Below, piece by piece: positions 28,315 through 38,560 of a stretch of DNA of 64,000 bases. Position 1 is the first letter of the stretch, and every line of letters starts with the position of its first letter. The position numbers and the translations under genes are program-made. The notes below the pieces were generated by a model. The model did not search any database. It was not told the DNA's origin and worked only from the letters and a program-made list of their open reading frames with translations. The DNA comes from Clostridia bacterium (GTDB lineage Bacteria; Bacillota; Clostridia; Christensenellales; UBA1242). The DNA is taken from the NCBI GenBank assembly GCA_045651685.1, contig JAZRSV010000019.1, forward strand, positions 9,794 through 73,793, given 5' to 3'.

Positions 28315-30372
28315 ATGAACATATTTGATACTATTGCAGATGGAATTAAATATGCCGCTACTCAATTAGGTTTGCAATATATTGCACTTATTGCTCTTGG
28401 CATTATAATTCTAGCAATCATTGTTATTATCCAAAGTATTAGAAGTTCTTATGAAACAAAAATCTTAAAGAGTGTAGATAAGTTTAACAAATACTTTTCT
28501 AAACAACCTTTTATCAATGACGAAAACTTGGTAGAGTTTAATGCGAGAATGAAAAAGGTTCCTAGAATTTTGCGCAACCGTTGGCAAATGTATATGCTAA
28601 ACAGAGAAGACGCTCCTACAAAATATATCAACCTTGATACCTGTGTAGAAAAACCATTGCGTACAAGCTTGATTGAGCGTAACATGAGCAACTTTACAAT
28701 GTTTACTGGTCTTATCTGTTTTGTATCATTGTTGTTTGGTCTATGTGCAGTTCAAGATCCTTCTATGACTATTAGTTGGTTTAAGGCTTTGTTAGTACCT
28801 GCAGTTGTATTCTTGTTTAGCTCTGTATTTATTCTTATTGTTCGCAGCTGGAAAAATGCGATACATGCAGACTTGTACGAAAACTTCCACATCTTCGAAC
28901 AAAACCTAACAAGATCTGTGACAACTTTGCCAGCATATGTAGACTACGAAATATTGTTTACTAAAAAAGAAATCAGAGATGGTATCCCTGTATTGCAACA
29001 ATATTTAGAAAAGCGTGCTTTCTTAGAACAACAAGAATTAGAAAGAGCTAGAGAAAACGCAGTCGAAACCGAATCTTATGATTTTGAAGAACTTGGCATC
29101 AATGGTTCACTAGTACTAGAAAGAGCCATGAAAGAATGTGAAACTTACATCGGCAACCGTAGAAGATTGCTAGGTGAGTGTGGCCAAATCGAATCAGAAA
29201 AAGAAAACTTTGCAAAGAACTATGACGCAACAGAAAAAGACTATCAAAGAAAGCTTCAAGCAAGTAGAGAAAACTTGGAGAGCTTAAAAGCACAACAAGA
29301 AGCTTCTACAAACAGAATTGAAAGCAACTATATTCGTAAGCAATTGCAAGACGAAATCAAAAAGCAACAACAATTAGAAAAAGATAGTGACGAAGCAGCA
29401 GAAAAGTTTAAGCAAGAGCAAGCTTCTCTTGATGCAGAAGTTGTAAAGAGAAAAGAAGAAATCGAAGAAAAGCGTAAAGCTGTTGAATCTTCTATGTTGC
29501 TAGAGTTTAAGAACTATGCAAATGTTATGTATAAAAAACTTGCTGATGCAGCACAAAAATCTACAGCAGCAAGATTAGAAAAATTGTCAGTAGAAAACGA
29601 AGAGTTAAAAGAATTGTTAAAAACTTTCCAAACTGACAAACTTGATGTTTTGAGTTTGATTGACAATATCGAACTAAAAGCAGACAAATCTGTAGAAGAC
29701 AAAGGTTTGTATGATAACGAACAAGAACAAATACCTGATTTGTTATATGACGAAACCGGCGCTCCTAACGCAGAGATCGAAGATGTAAAAGCAAAATCAG
29801 CTTTTGATCTAGAAGAAGAAAAAGAATTGGTAAGACCTGATGTTCAACCACAAGTTGCACCAGTGCCACCAATCTCTCCAATACCAGCATTTGCTCCAGA
29901 GGCTACAGTAGCTCCGGCAGCTCCTATTGCAGAAGCGCCAGTAGCTCCAGCAGCACCAGCTACTCCAACTCAAGATGAGCTAAATGACATTCAAAAGAAA
30001 ATCGAAGAAGAAAACGCAAACCTTTTCAAACAAAAACAAGAGTTTGAAACACAAATAAATAACACTATTTCTAAAATTGATGATACTGATGATGATGAAG
30101 ATGCAGGCCAAAAACCAGCAGAACCAGTAGAGATACCTGATGTAAAAGCGGCAGCTCCAGCAGCACCAGTAGTAGAAGAAAAAGAAGAAGAACCAGAGCC
30201 AAAGCCAGCTCCTGCTAAAAAGCCAGAGCCAAAACCAGCTCCAGCAGCACCAGCTAAAAAGACTTTGACAAAAACTTCTGCAAAACCAGCAGCTAAAAAA
30301 TCTGGTGGCAATGATGACATCGATGATATTAATAGCGAAATGGAAGATTTGCTAAACTCTCTAAATGATTAA
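28315..30372 (+). CDS. hypothetical membrane protein with a long coiled-coil and a Pro/Ala/Lys-rich C-terminal tail (685 aa)
   Basis: TM helices near aa 20-40 and about 125-175; heptad-rich region aa about 215-470; PAPAKKPEPKPAPAAPAKK tail. Confidence 0.7.
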   Translation: MNIFDTIADGIKYAATQLGLQYIALIALGIIILAIIVIIQSIRSSYETKILKSVDKFNKYFSKQPFINDENLVEFNARMKKVPRILRNRWQMYMLNREDAPTKYINLDTCVEKPLRTSLIERNMSNFTMFTGLICFVSLLFGLCAVQDPSMTISWFKALLVPAVVFLFSSVFILIVRSWKNAIHADLYENFHIFEQNLTRSVTTLPAYVDYEILFTKKEIRDGIPVLQQYLEKRAFLEQQELERARENAVETESYDFEELGINGSLVLERAMKECETYIGNRRRLLGECGQIESEKENFAKNYDATEKDYQRKLQASRENLESLKAQQEASTNRIESNYIRKQLQDEIKKQQQLEKDSDEAAEKFKQEQASLDAEVVKRKEEIEEKRKAVESSMLLEFKNYANVMYKKLADAAQKSTAARLEKLSVENEELKELLKTFQTDKLDVLSLIDNIELKADKSVEDKGLYDNEQEQIPDLLYDETGAPNAEIEDVKAKSAFDLEEEKELVRPDVQPQVAPVPPISPIPAFAPEATVAPAAPIAEAPVAPAAPATPTQDELNDIQKKIEEENANLFKQKQEFETQINNTISKIDDTDDDEDAGQKPAEPVEIPDVKAAAPAAPVVEEKEEEPEPKPAPAKKPEPKPAPAAPAKKTLTKTSAKPAAKKSGGNDDIDDINSEMEDLLNSLND

Positions 30373-30373
30373 T

Positions 30374-30407
30374 AAAAAAAAGCCCAACACTATGTTGGGT
30401 TTTTTTG
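30374..30407. terminator. bidirectional terminator
   Basis: GCCCAACA/TGTTGGGT hairpin between an A-run and a T-run. Confidence 0.75.
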
Positions 30408-31184
30408 TTATGTTTTGTTTCTGCTAAAAACAGCTAGCTCTACAAGTTTATTATGTAGTTTTGCATTATGAATTGTTTTTGCAGTTATTATATTGTCTTT
30501 TTTGATAATAATTTCGTTGTTGCTACCATATACAGTTTTTGATACTTTGCGACCTATCAAAAAGTTTTGATCGCTGACAATCCTTTGCGGTAGTGGATTG
30601 GTGCTAAACTTATATGTCTCTTTTTGCAACGGCGCAAGGTCTTCTATTTTTGGTAGTTCTATTTTGGGCAACTCTATCTTTGGCATGATGTTAACAATAT
30701 TGCTTTGTTTTACTTTAGCAATTGTTGGTTTATAATTTTGTTTGCTAAACTTAATGCCGCTACTGTTAATAACCAAATTGTCATTGTTATAACTAATGAC
30801 GCTTTTGCTATCGTAGGTGGCATCTCCTACAGATATCTCTTCTATCTTAAAGTTGGTTGATAGTATAACATCTTTTACTTGTCCTAGATAGTTGCCTTCT
30901 AAACTATATACAATATTGTTAATAGGGTTGTTGTATACAACTCTCGGTGCAAATATCAGTGGTGTGATGCCACTGTTATTTTTTATTGTTATTGCGCTGT
31001 CACCTATACAAAAGACCTTTGTTATATCTAATAGTACTTCTTCATCTTCGCTATCATTAAAAAGTATAAGATGTTTTGCTCGTTTGAGTTCGGTGTCAAA
31101 GCATATGTTTTTGACCGTGCCTTCGCACATGCCATTGTATAAGTTGATTACGGGTTTCGAAATAATATTGGTTACTTTATACAT
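30408..31184 (-). CDS. PRC-barrel-like protein (YlmC/YmxH-like N-domain) with PKIEL repeats
   Basis: The N-terminal approx. 80 aa fit the PRC-barrel pattern (VINLYNGMCEGTVKNICFD...ITKVFCIGDSAI); tandem PKIELPKIELPKIE. Confidence 0.5.
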   Translation of the reverse strand: MYKVTNIISKPVINLYNGMCEGTVKNICFDTELKRAKHLILFNDSEDEEVLLDITKVFCIGDSAITIKNNSGITPLIFAPRVVYNNPINNIVYSLEGNYLGQVKDVILSTNFKIEEISVGDATYDSKSVISYNNDNLVINSSGIKFSKQNYKPTIAKVKQSNIVNIMPKIELPKIELPKIEDLAPLQKETYKFSTNPLPQRIVSDQNFLIGRKVSKTVYGSNNEIIIKKDNIITAKTIHNAKLHNKLVELAVFSRNKT

Positions 31185-31306
31185 TTTTTCCTCCTACTAT
31201 ACAAATATATATGTTTGCTAATGTCTATTTATTAAAAATCTTTTGCAAAAAAATGTGTTTGGTGTTATTATTTTTATATATAAATTTTTTTAGGAATGTT
31301 TTTGAT

Positions 31307-32695
31307 ATGTTTGGACTATTAAAAAAGTTGTTTTCTAAACCCATAACAACAGATGAGTCTGATAGCAACGAACTTGTTGATATGTGTTATCTAAAAAACA
31401 ACGAACTAAAACTTAATTCGGAGTTAATGGTTGAAAATAACTATTACTGTATCATTATGCATTATGATGATATGTGTGATATTTTGGCGTCTGGCAAATA
31501 CAAAGCAAACGATAGAGATTTGCCTAGACTTATGCGTTATGCAAAAACCATAAAAACCAAAAAAGGCCCAATCGCGCCAAAAAGTGTTCCTGCAGACATT
31601 TATTTTGTCAACATGAACCCAATAAAAGACAACTGCTTTAAGAGTCCTTACAAAGTAGTATTGTTAGATGGTGATAAAAAAGTAAAAACTAGAGTTTATG
31701 GCTCTTATACTATCAAAGCAGATAGTCCAACAAAATTAATTGCTGCACTAAAGTCTGATTATGACTGCATCAGAAAAGGTGTCGCTATAAAAGAACTATC
31801 TGCAATAATAGGTTATATTATTGGAGAAATTGCTTATAAAGAAAAATTAAAGCTAAAAGATCTTCAAGAACCTACACAAGATATAATAGATTTGTTAACC
31901 GAAAGACTTAACAAAAAACTAGATCAATACGGTTGCATATTAAGCGACTTAAAAATATCAAAAGTTGTTTTGCCAAAAAACTATGTCGAAAAGCAATTTG
32001 AGATAGAAGATGCAAAACCAAAAACAAAACAAAAACATATCCCAGAAGAAATAGAAGAAGAACCTGTACCAGTTATGGCTAGGGGTGAGCAAGAAGCTAC
32101 AGTTAATACAGACAATGTTATTAACCTAGGTTATGGAGATATGCAGCCAGAACCTGCAACCAAACAATCTGCCCAAGAAATTTACGAAGCGTATAGTAAA
32201 CAGTTTGCTTCTAACAATGTGACAACCACTTCAGACCAAGCTGCGCCAAATATATTGTCTGGTGTGGCAAAAGAACCTGCAGAAGAGAGGGTGCAAACTC
32301 TAGAGCCTACGCCACCAGCGCCTAATGATGACAAAGATGTGATTAACCTTTTGGGTGGACATGCTATAGCATCGCAACAAGAGGTCGCTTCTAGAAAGCA
32401 AGAAATAAATGATATAAAAAGTTTTGTCCTTGGAGAGACAAAAAAAGAAGAGCCAAAGACTCAAGAGAAACAACCAGAAAAACCAGTTGTGCCTCAAGAG
32501 GATAAGCCAAAACCACAAGAAAAGCCAAAGACAATTAAGACCTGTCCAGTTTGTGCTCAAACAATGGCGCTTGATGCAAGGTTTTGTTCTAACTGCGGTG
32601 CAAATGTTTCTGAAGAAATCATATGCAAAGCGTGCGGTACAAAAAATCAAGGCGATGCCAAATTTTGTAAAATTTGTGGTAGCAAATTAAACTAA
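31307..32695 (+). CDS. SPFH/Band-7-like domain protein with a C-terminal double zinc ribbon
   Basis: LNKKLDQYGCILSDLKISKVVLPKNYVEKQFE resembles the SPFH C-terminal consensus. C-terminus CPVCAQ...CSNCGA...CKACGT...CKICGS gives two CxxC pairs twice. The ATG at 31307 is preferred. Confidence 0.6.
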   Translation: MFGLLKKLFSKPITTDESDSNELVDMCYLKNNELKLNSELMVENNYYCIIMHYDDMCDILASGKYKANDRDLPRLMRYAKTIKTKKGPIAPKSVPADIYFVNMNPIKDNCFKSPYKVVLLDGDKKVKTRVYGSYTIKADSPTKLIAALKSDYDCIRKGVAIKELSAIIGYIIGEIAYKEKLKLKDLQEPTQDIIDLLTERLNKKLDQYGCILSDLKISKVVLPKNYVEKQFEIEDAKPKTKQKHIPEEIEEEPVPVMARGEQEATVNTDNVINLGYGDMQPEPATKQSAQEIYEAYSKQFASNNVTTTSDQAAPNILSGVAKEPAEERVQTLEPTPPAPNDDKDVINLLGGHAIASQQEVASRKQEINDIKSFVLGETKKEEPKTQEKQPEKPVVPQEDKPKPQEKPKTIKTCPVCAQTMALDARFCSNCGANVSEEIICKACGTKNQGDAKFCKICGSKLN

Positions 32696-32765
32696 CATAT
32701 GCTTGATATAAATGTTTAATTGTGATAAAGTATGTTTTGTAAAAATAAAACTTAAGGAGTTTATT

Positions 32766-33005
32766 ATGAAAGTTTCTAAAAAAATGACAGTTGGAGAAAT
32801 CTTAAACAAATATTCTAACGCACAAGAAGTTCTTGCTGGTTTTGGTTTGCATTGCTTTGGTTGCCCAATGAGCCAAATGGAGACTGTAGAACAAGCTGCA
32901 GCTGCTCATGGTGTAGATGTTGAGTTTATGATGGCTCAATTAGAAAAAGATCTTGTTGCAGCAGAACCTGCAAAAAAGACTTGCAAAAGAACTTGCAAAA
33001 AATAA
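32766..33005 (+). CDS. DUF1858-type small redox-disulfide domain protein
   Basis: MKVSKKMTVGEILNKY...GLHCFGCPMSQMETVEQAAAAHGVD matches the hybrid-cluster-protein-associated redox disulfide family; AAGGAG RBS. Confidence 0.75.
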   Translation: MKVSKKMTVGEILNKYSNAQEVLAGFGLHCFGCPMSQMETVEQAAAAHGVDVEFMMAQLEKDLVAAEPAKKTCKRTCKK

Positions 33006-33086
33006 TTAAAAACTAACAAAAAAGACCTATATATAATATAATAGGTTTACATAAGCAAAAAACTTATTAAAAGGAGTGTAAGATAA

Positions 33087-35108
33087 ATGACAAAAACAAA
33101 GTCTAATACAAGTTCTATAGAACTAAATTCATATTTGTTTTCTTTAGTTTATATAGTATTTGCTTTATTGTTTGAAGTTGTCCAATTTTCGTGGTTGGGT
33201 TTTGGTATTTTGCCAAAGTACTTTTTATTTGACTTTGCGATAATGATCGTTATTGCATCAATTATATTTATCTTGCCTGGCAACGCTGCAAAAAACAGTG
33301 TTATGTACTTCTTTTTAGGTTTGCAATTTGTTCTTAATATTGCCAATATTACTTTGTATAATGTTTTTGGTGATATTATGAGCTTTGATATGCTTTTGCT
33401 TGGTGCAGAAGCAGCAACAGCTTTTTCGTTTAGCTTTATAGATTTTCTTAACTTATTTACCAACTTTGCTTTGATGGCACTTGCTATTGTTGCTGGTGTT
33501 ATGGTGACAAAGAATGTTGTTGGTGTAAGAAGAGTTAATAAGTTTTTTAAGACTTCGATATTGCTTATAGTTTTTATGTTGGGACAAACTTTTGGTTATA
33601 GCTTTTATTCTGTAAGTTTAGGTTTGCTAAAAGATGCTAATCCTTCTAGTCCAACATATATTATGGAGAGCGATGTATACTTGCAAAGCAATTTGTTCTT
33701 AAAGTTAGAAAGTTATAAAAAGTTTGGTACTTTTGGTTTTTACTTTAAGAGTTTAGTAAACATTATTTTTAATCCAAACAGTTTAGAAAAACACGAACAA
33801 AAAGTTCTTAATGACAAAATTACCGAAGGTGAGGGTTATAAGTTTGTATCTGACAAGTCAGGAGCGTTAGAAGATAACAATGTTGTTATGATCTTGATGG
33901 AGAGCTTTGACTGGTATGCAATCAACCCGGTATACACTCCAACACTATATGCTTTGGCCAATGGTACCTATGCTGGTCCAGATGGTACTTGGCAACCGGG
34001 TGGATATTCTTTTGATAATTTTTATGGCAGAAACAAAACCAATGTCAGCGAAGGCATATCTTTCTTGGGCAATATGCCAAGAACCGAAATGCTTGTTATG
34101 TATGAGCGTGCAGTTGGTTTGAGTGCTCCATACTCTTTGCCAAATCTTGTTAGGGCTGATGCCGAAGCAAAGGGCGAAACTTTTAAGTCTACATACTTAC
34201 ATACATATTTGAGTAGTTTTTATGCAAGAAACACAACTTATGACAAGCTTGGTTTTGATGAGATTTTGTGTGTAGATAATGTATATGACAAAAATCCTAT
34301 CAAAGTATTTAACGATTGGATCTTTGACGAACAATTTATAAAAGATACTATTGACAACTTCTTGCCAACTGATGTAGATAGATTTTATACACAGTTTGCT
34401 TCTATGTCGACACATGGTTCTTATCAATATAATACACAAGAAGTTTACTTGCATTATATAGATGAGGTAGAAGATAAGTTTGACGAGTATACAGATTATC
34501 TACATACTCAAACAACATTTACCGTACCAGAGAGCGAATATCTTGTAAAAGCACTAAAACATTATATTACTGGCGCTATAGACTTTGACAAAGCTATCGC
34601 ATATCTAATACAAGAGATGGATAATCGTGGTCTTGCAGATAATACTACTTTGGTTTTGTATGCAGATCACAATTCGTATTATGATGATTTGAGTGTTCAG
34701 CTAAAAGATCTTAATAAAGATGAATATTATGAGATAGAAGCGTACCGCATACCTTTTATTATATATAACAAAAATTTTGATGCAGGGGTAGATAGTACAT
34801 TCTGCTCTACATATGATATATATCCAACAGTATGCGACTTGTTAGACTTGCCAGTAAATAGAACTATTACTCAAGGCAACTCAATATTTAGTGATGAGAT
34901 AGAAAATAGCATATTTGTTTCATTCTTAAATGGTATATTTGATGATGAGCTATATTCTGTTAATATCTCTGATATAATCAAACTAACAGATAGAGAAGTT
35001 GCCAAAGAAGAAATAGAAGCCTTCCAAAACAAAGCAATAGACTTTTATCTAAAGCAAGACATTGTCGAAAAGGTTTGGAAAAATAATATATTTAGCAAAA
35101 GAACATGA
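33087..35108 (+). CDS. LtaS-family (sulfatase-fold) lipoteichoic acid synthase / phosphoglycerol transferase
   Basis: Five N-terminal TM helices plus an extracellular alkaline-phosphatase-superfamily domain (MILMESFDWY...). Confidence 0.8.
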   Translation: MTKTKSNTSSIELNSYLFSLVYIVFALLFEVVQFSWLGFGILPKYFLFDFAIMIVIASIIFILPGNAAKNSVMYFFLGLQFVLNIANITLYNVFGDIMSFDMLLLGAEAATAFSFSFIDFLNLFTNFALMALAIVAGVMVTKNVVGVRRVNKFFKTSILLIVFMLGQTFGYSFYSVSLGLLKDANPSSPTYIMESDVYLQSNLFLKLESYKKFGTFGFYFKSLVNIIFNPNSLEKHEQKVLNDKITEGEGYKFVSDKSGALEDNNVVMILMESFDWYAINPVYTPTLYALANGTYAGPDGTWQPGGYSFDNFYGRNKTNVSEGISFLGNMPRTEMLVMYERAVGLSAPYSLPNLVRADAEAKGETFKSTYLHTYLSSFYARNTTYDKLGFDEILCVDNVYDKNPIKVFNDWIFDEQFIKDTIDNFLPTDVDRFYTQFASMSTHGSYQYNTQEVYLHYIDEVEDKFDEYTDYLHTQTTFTVPESEYLVKALKHYITGAIDFDKAIAYLIQEMDNRGLADNTTLVLYADHNSYYDDLSVQLKDLNKDEYYEIEAYRIPFIIYNKNFDAGVDSTFCSTYDIYPTVCDLLDLPVNRTITQGNSIFSDEIENSIFVSFLNGIFDDELYSVNISDIIKLTDREVAKEEIEAFQNKAIDFYLKQDIVEKVWKNNIFSKRT

Positions 35109-35113
35109 TAAAC

Positions 35114-35145
35114 AAAAAAACACCCTATTTGTTAGGGTGTTTTTA
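35114..35145 (+). terminator. rho-independent terminator
   Basis: CACCCTA/TAGGGTG hairpin plus T5. Confidence 0.75.
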
Positions 35146-35238
35146 TATTGCTTTTTTGTAGCTTTTAGGGGTTAAAAAAGGGTAGTTTTGACCCTCAAAA
35201 AAAGTTTGAAAAAAGCTAAAAAAAATTAAAAAAAAGGG

Positions 35239-35267
35239 TTGACTTATTGACCTGTTTGGGTTATACT
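35239..35267 (+). promoter_or_regulatory. S10 operon promoter (-35 TTGACT, 17-nt spacer, -10 TATACT) with an upstream A-tract
   Basis: Read directly. Confidence 0.55.
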
Positions 35268-35503
35268 ATCATAGCTGTGAAATATGGGATGAATCGCAAA
35301 GTTACCACTTATAGCAACATAAGGAGGAGAATTTGCGAGGACAAGTCTGGTTTCAAATCAGGCGACTAACCCCAAGTTGCAGAGGAGATAAGAACTTGAA
35401 AAATAGTTTTTTTATTTTCTTTCGCAGTACGACACACACGGTAAAGTGTATCAAATAATCAAGCAACGCAAGGTTAGATTGGGTTAAGGAGGAAAAATAT
35501 AAT
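35268..35503 (+). promoter_or_regulatory. long 5' leader of the S10 operon containing an SD-preceded 41-codon mini-ORF (TTG 35333 to TAA 35458)
   Basis: About 230 nt lie between the promoter and rpsJ. AAGGAGG at 35321-35327 is followed by TTG, and the frame uses rare codons. The G-rich segment may be structural rather than coding. Confidence 0.35.
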
Positions 35504-35809
35504 ATGGCAACTCAAAAAATTAGAATTAAGTTACAGTCTTATGACCACAACTTGATCGATTTGGCAGCATCTAGAATTATTGAGGCTGCACAAAAAACAG
35601 GTTCAAAAATTGCTGGACCTATTCCACTACCTACTGACAAAGAAGTAGTGACAATCATCAGGGCTCCACACAAATATAAGGACAGCCGTGAACAGTTCGA
35701 AATGCGCACACACAAACGCGTTATCGACATTTACACATCTGCAAAGGCACTTGATTCTTTAATGAAGTTAGACCTTCCAGCTGGTGTTGATATTAACATA
35801 AAGTTATAA
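35504..35809 (+). CDS. rpsJ: 30S ribosomal protein S10
   Basis: Family pattern and synteny. Confidence 0.95.
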   Translation: MATQKIRIKLQSYDHNLIDLAASRIIEAAQKTGSKIAGPIPLPTDKEVVTIIRAPHKYKDSREQFEMRTHKRVIDIYTSAKALDSLMKLDLPAGVDINIKL

Positions 35810-35835
35810 TATTGCGTTAGGGAGAATTAAGAAAA

Positions 35836-36468
35836 ATGAAAAAATCTATTTTAGGTAAAAAATTGGGTATGACGCAAGTATTCACCACAAGCGGTATGGT
35901 TATTCCAGTTACTGTTGTTGAAGCGGGTCCTTGCACAGTTATCCAAAAGAAAACACAAGAAAAAGATGGTTATGATGCCCTTGTAGTTGGTTTTGGTTCT
36001 CAAAGAGAAAAACTTGTTAACAAACCACAAGCAGGTGTTTTCAAAAAAGCAGGTGTTCCTGCTGCAAAATATCTTCGTGAAATTCAACCAGACAACATGG
36101 CAGAGCTAGAAGTTGGCGCTGTTGTTAGTTGTGATGTATTTAGCGAAGGCGACATTGTTGATGTTACAGGCATCACAAAAGGTCACGGTTTCTCAGGTGT
36201 TATCAAAAGACACAATGCACACCGTCTAAAAATGACTCACGGTACTGGTCCTGTTCACCGTGAAGTTGGTTCAATGAGTGCAAACTCAACACCAAGCAGA
36301 GTATTCAAAAACAAAAAAATGCCTGGCCAATTTGGTAATGAACAAGTTACTATTCAAAACTTGGAAATCGTAAAAGTTGACAAAGAACGCAATGTACTTT
36401 TAATCAAAGGTGCAGTTCCAGGAAACAAAAACGGTTTAGTTACTATCACATCGGCTGTTAAGGCTTAA
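35836..36468 (+). CDS. rplC: 50S ribosomal protein L3
   Basis: Family pattern and synteny. Confidence 0.95.
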   Translation: MKKSILGKKLGMTQVFTTSGMVIPVTVVEAGPCTVIQKKTQEKDGYDALVVGFGSQREKLVNKPQAGVFKKAGVPAAKYLREIQPDNMAELEVGAVVSCDVFSEGDIVDVTGITKGHGFSGVIKRHNAHRLKMTHGTGPVHREVGSMSANSTPSRVFKNKKMPGQFGNEQVTIQNLEIVKVDKERNVLLIKGAVPGNKNGLVTITSAVKA

Positions 36469-36490
36469 TAAGATTAAGGAGTAATATATT

Positions 36491-37114
36491 ATGCCAAAAG
36501 TTAAAGTTTATAATATGGCCGCAGAAGTTGTTGGTAATATGACCCTTAGTGATGAAGTGTTTGGTTGCGAGTACAACGAAGCGCTAATTCACCAAGCTAT
36601 TGTGGCTTACAATAACAATCAAAGACAAGGCACAAAAAGTGCTCTTACTCGTACAGAAGTAAGAGGCCATGCTAAAAAGCCTTGGAGACAAAAAGGTACT
36701 GGTAGAGCTAGACAAGGTTCTACAAAAGGTCCACAATGGACTGGCGGTGGTGTTGTATTTGCACCAAAGCCAAGAGATTTTTCACAAAAAATGAACAAGC
36801 AAGCTAAACGCCAAGCTTTCAAAAGCGCAATCAGTGCTAAACTTGCTGAACAAGAAGTTGTTGTTTTGGATGAAGTTAAATTAGCTGAAGCAAAAACTAA
36901 AGAATTTATGACTATTGTAAATAGTTTCAAAATTGACAAAAATGTAACTTTTGTTGTTGCAAGCAAAGATGAAACAATCTTAAGAGCAACTAACAATATT
37001 CCTTTTGTAAATGTTACAACTGCTGATCTTGTTAACACTTATGACATCGTTGCAAGTAGCAAAGTTTATGTTACAAAAGATGCAGTTAAAAAAATAGAGG
37101 AGGCAAATAAATAA
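36491..37114 (+). CDS. rplD: 50S ribosomal protein L4
   Basis: Family pattern and synteny. Confidence 0.95.
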   Translation: MPKVKVYNMAAEVVGNMTLSDEVFGCEYNEALIHQAIVAYNNNQRQGTKSALTRTEVRGHAKKPWRQKGTGRARQGSTKGPQWTGGGVVFAPKPRDFSQKMNKQAKRQAFKSAISAKLAEQEVVVLDEVKLAEAKTKEFMTIVNSFKIDKNVTFVVASKDETILRATNNIPFVNVTTADLVNTYDIVASSKVYVTKDAVKKIEEANK

Positions 37115-37416
37115 TGAACGCCTACGATATTATTATTAGACCGTTATTATCTGAAAAAAGTTATGCAACTATTGCTGACAAAAAATATACTTTTGTTGTT
37201 AACAAAGATGCAAACAAAATTCAAATTAGACAAGCGGTAGAAGAAATTTTCAAAGTTAAAGTAAAACAAGTTAATACATTAGTAGTTAAGGGCAAAGAAA
37301 AAACTCAAAACACTAAAAACGGTAGAACAGTTGGTAAAACTAGCGATTACAAAAAAGCAATCGTATGGCTTACTAGCGATAGCAAACCAATCGAGTTTTT
37401 CGAAAGCCTAAACTAA
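37114..37416 (+). CDS. rplW: 50S ribosomal protein L23
   Basis: Family pattern and synteny. Confidence 0.95.
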   Translation: MNAYDIIIRPLLSEKSYATIADKKYTFVVNKDANKIQIRQAVEEIFKVKVKQVNTLVVKGKEKTQNTKNGRTVGKTSDYKKAIVWLTSDSKPIEFFESLN

Positions 37417-37434
37417 TAGCGGAGGAATATTAAA

Positions 37435-38262
37435 ATGGCTGTTAAAAGACACAATCCTACAACTCCTGCTCAAAGACATCTTTCTACTGCAGATTTTTCA
37501 GTTTTAACAAAGAAAAAACCAGAAAAATCACTTCTTGCTGTTAAAAACAAGAAAGGTGGTAGAAATGCTTCTGGCAGACTTACCGTTAGACACATTGGTG
37601 GCGGTAATAGACAAAAATATAGATTAATTGATTTTAGACGCAACAAAGATGGTATCGCAGCAAAAGTTACTGCTATCGAATACGATCCAAACAGAACAGC
37701 ATACATTGCATTGCTTAACTATGCTGATGGCGAAAAGGCATACATCCTTGCGCCAGTTGGTCTAAATGTTGGCGACACTGTAGAAAGTGGCGTTAACGCA
37801 GAAATAAAAGTCGGCAACTGCTTGCCTTTAGAAAATATCCCAGTTGGTAGCGTTGTTCACAACATCGAGTTAAGACCTGGTCGTGGTGGACAAATTGCTC
37901 GTTCTGCTGGTATTTCTGCTCGTCTTATGGCAAAAGAAGGTAAATATGCTACCTTAAAAATGCCTAGCGGTGAGATGAGAATGGTTCTTCTTACTTGCAG
38001 AGCAACTATTGGTCAAGTTGGCAATATCGAACACGAGAACATCTCTCTTGGTAAAGCTGGTCGCAAGCGTCACATGGGTGTTAGACCTACAGTTCGTGGT
38101 GTTGTTATGAACCCAGTTGATCACCCACACGGTGGTGGTGAAGGTAAATCACCAGTTGGTCGCCCAGGCCCTGTTACTCCATGGGGTAAACCTGCTATGG
38201 GTTATAAGACTAGAGACAAGAAAAAGAGTTCTAATAAACTAATTATCAAGCGTGTTAACTAG
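37435..38262 (+). CDS. rplB: 50S ribosomal protein L2
   Basis: Family pattern and synteny. Confidence 0.95.
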   Translation: MAVKRHNPTTPAQRHLSTADFSVLTKKKPEKSLLAVKNKKGGRNASGRLTVRHIGGGNRQKYRLIDFRRNKDGIAAKVTAIEYDPNRTAYIALLNYADGEKAYILAPVGLNVGDTVESGVNAEIKVGNCLPLENIPVGSVVHNIELRPGRGGQIARSAGISARLMAKEGKYATLKMPSGEMRMVLLTCRATIGQVGNIEHENISLGKAGRKRHMGVRPTVRGVVMNPVDHPHGGGEGKSPVGRPGPVTPWGKPAMGYKTRDKKKSSNKLIIKRVN

Positions 38263-38273
38263 GAGTATAAATC

Positions 38274-38549
38274 ATGAGTAGATCATTAAAGAAAAAACCA
38301 TTTGTTGAAGAAAGACTTTTTAACAGAGTTAAACAAATGAACGAAACTAATACAAAGAAAGTTGTTAAAACTTGGTCAAGAGCGTCTGTTATTTACCCAG
38401 AATTTGTTGGACACACAATTGCTGTTCACAATGGTAAAAAACATATCCCAGTTTATTGCACATCAGAAATGGTTGGTCATAAACTAGGTGAATTTGCTCC
38501 TACAAGAACATTCAAAGGCCACACTTCTGGCAAAACAACTGGTAAATAA
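38274..38549 (+). CDS. rpsS: 30S ribosomal protein S19
   Basis: Family pattern and synteny. Confidence 0.95.
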   Translation: MSRSLKKKPFVEERLFNRVKQMNETNTKKVVKTWSRASVIYPEFVGHTIAVHNGKKHIPVYCTSEMVGHKLGEFAPTRTFKGHTSGKTTGK

Positions 38550-38560
38550 GGAGCAAAAAG

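Noticed and set aside
31211-31306. Upstream extension of the SPFH/zinc-ribbon ORF
   Set aside because: It is hydrophobic junk overlapping the divergent promoter region. The ATG at 31307 (MFGLLKKLF) fits the family N-terminus.
35333-35458. Treating the S10-leader mini-ORF as a confident CDS
   Set aside because: It has a rare-codon-rich frame, a TTG start only 5 nt after the SD, and no supporting conservation, so it is reported only as a regulatory-leader observation.
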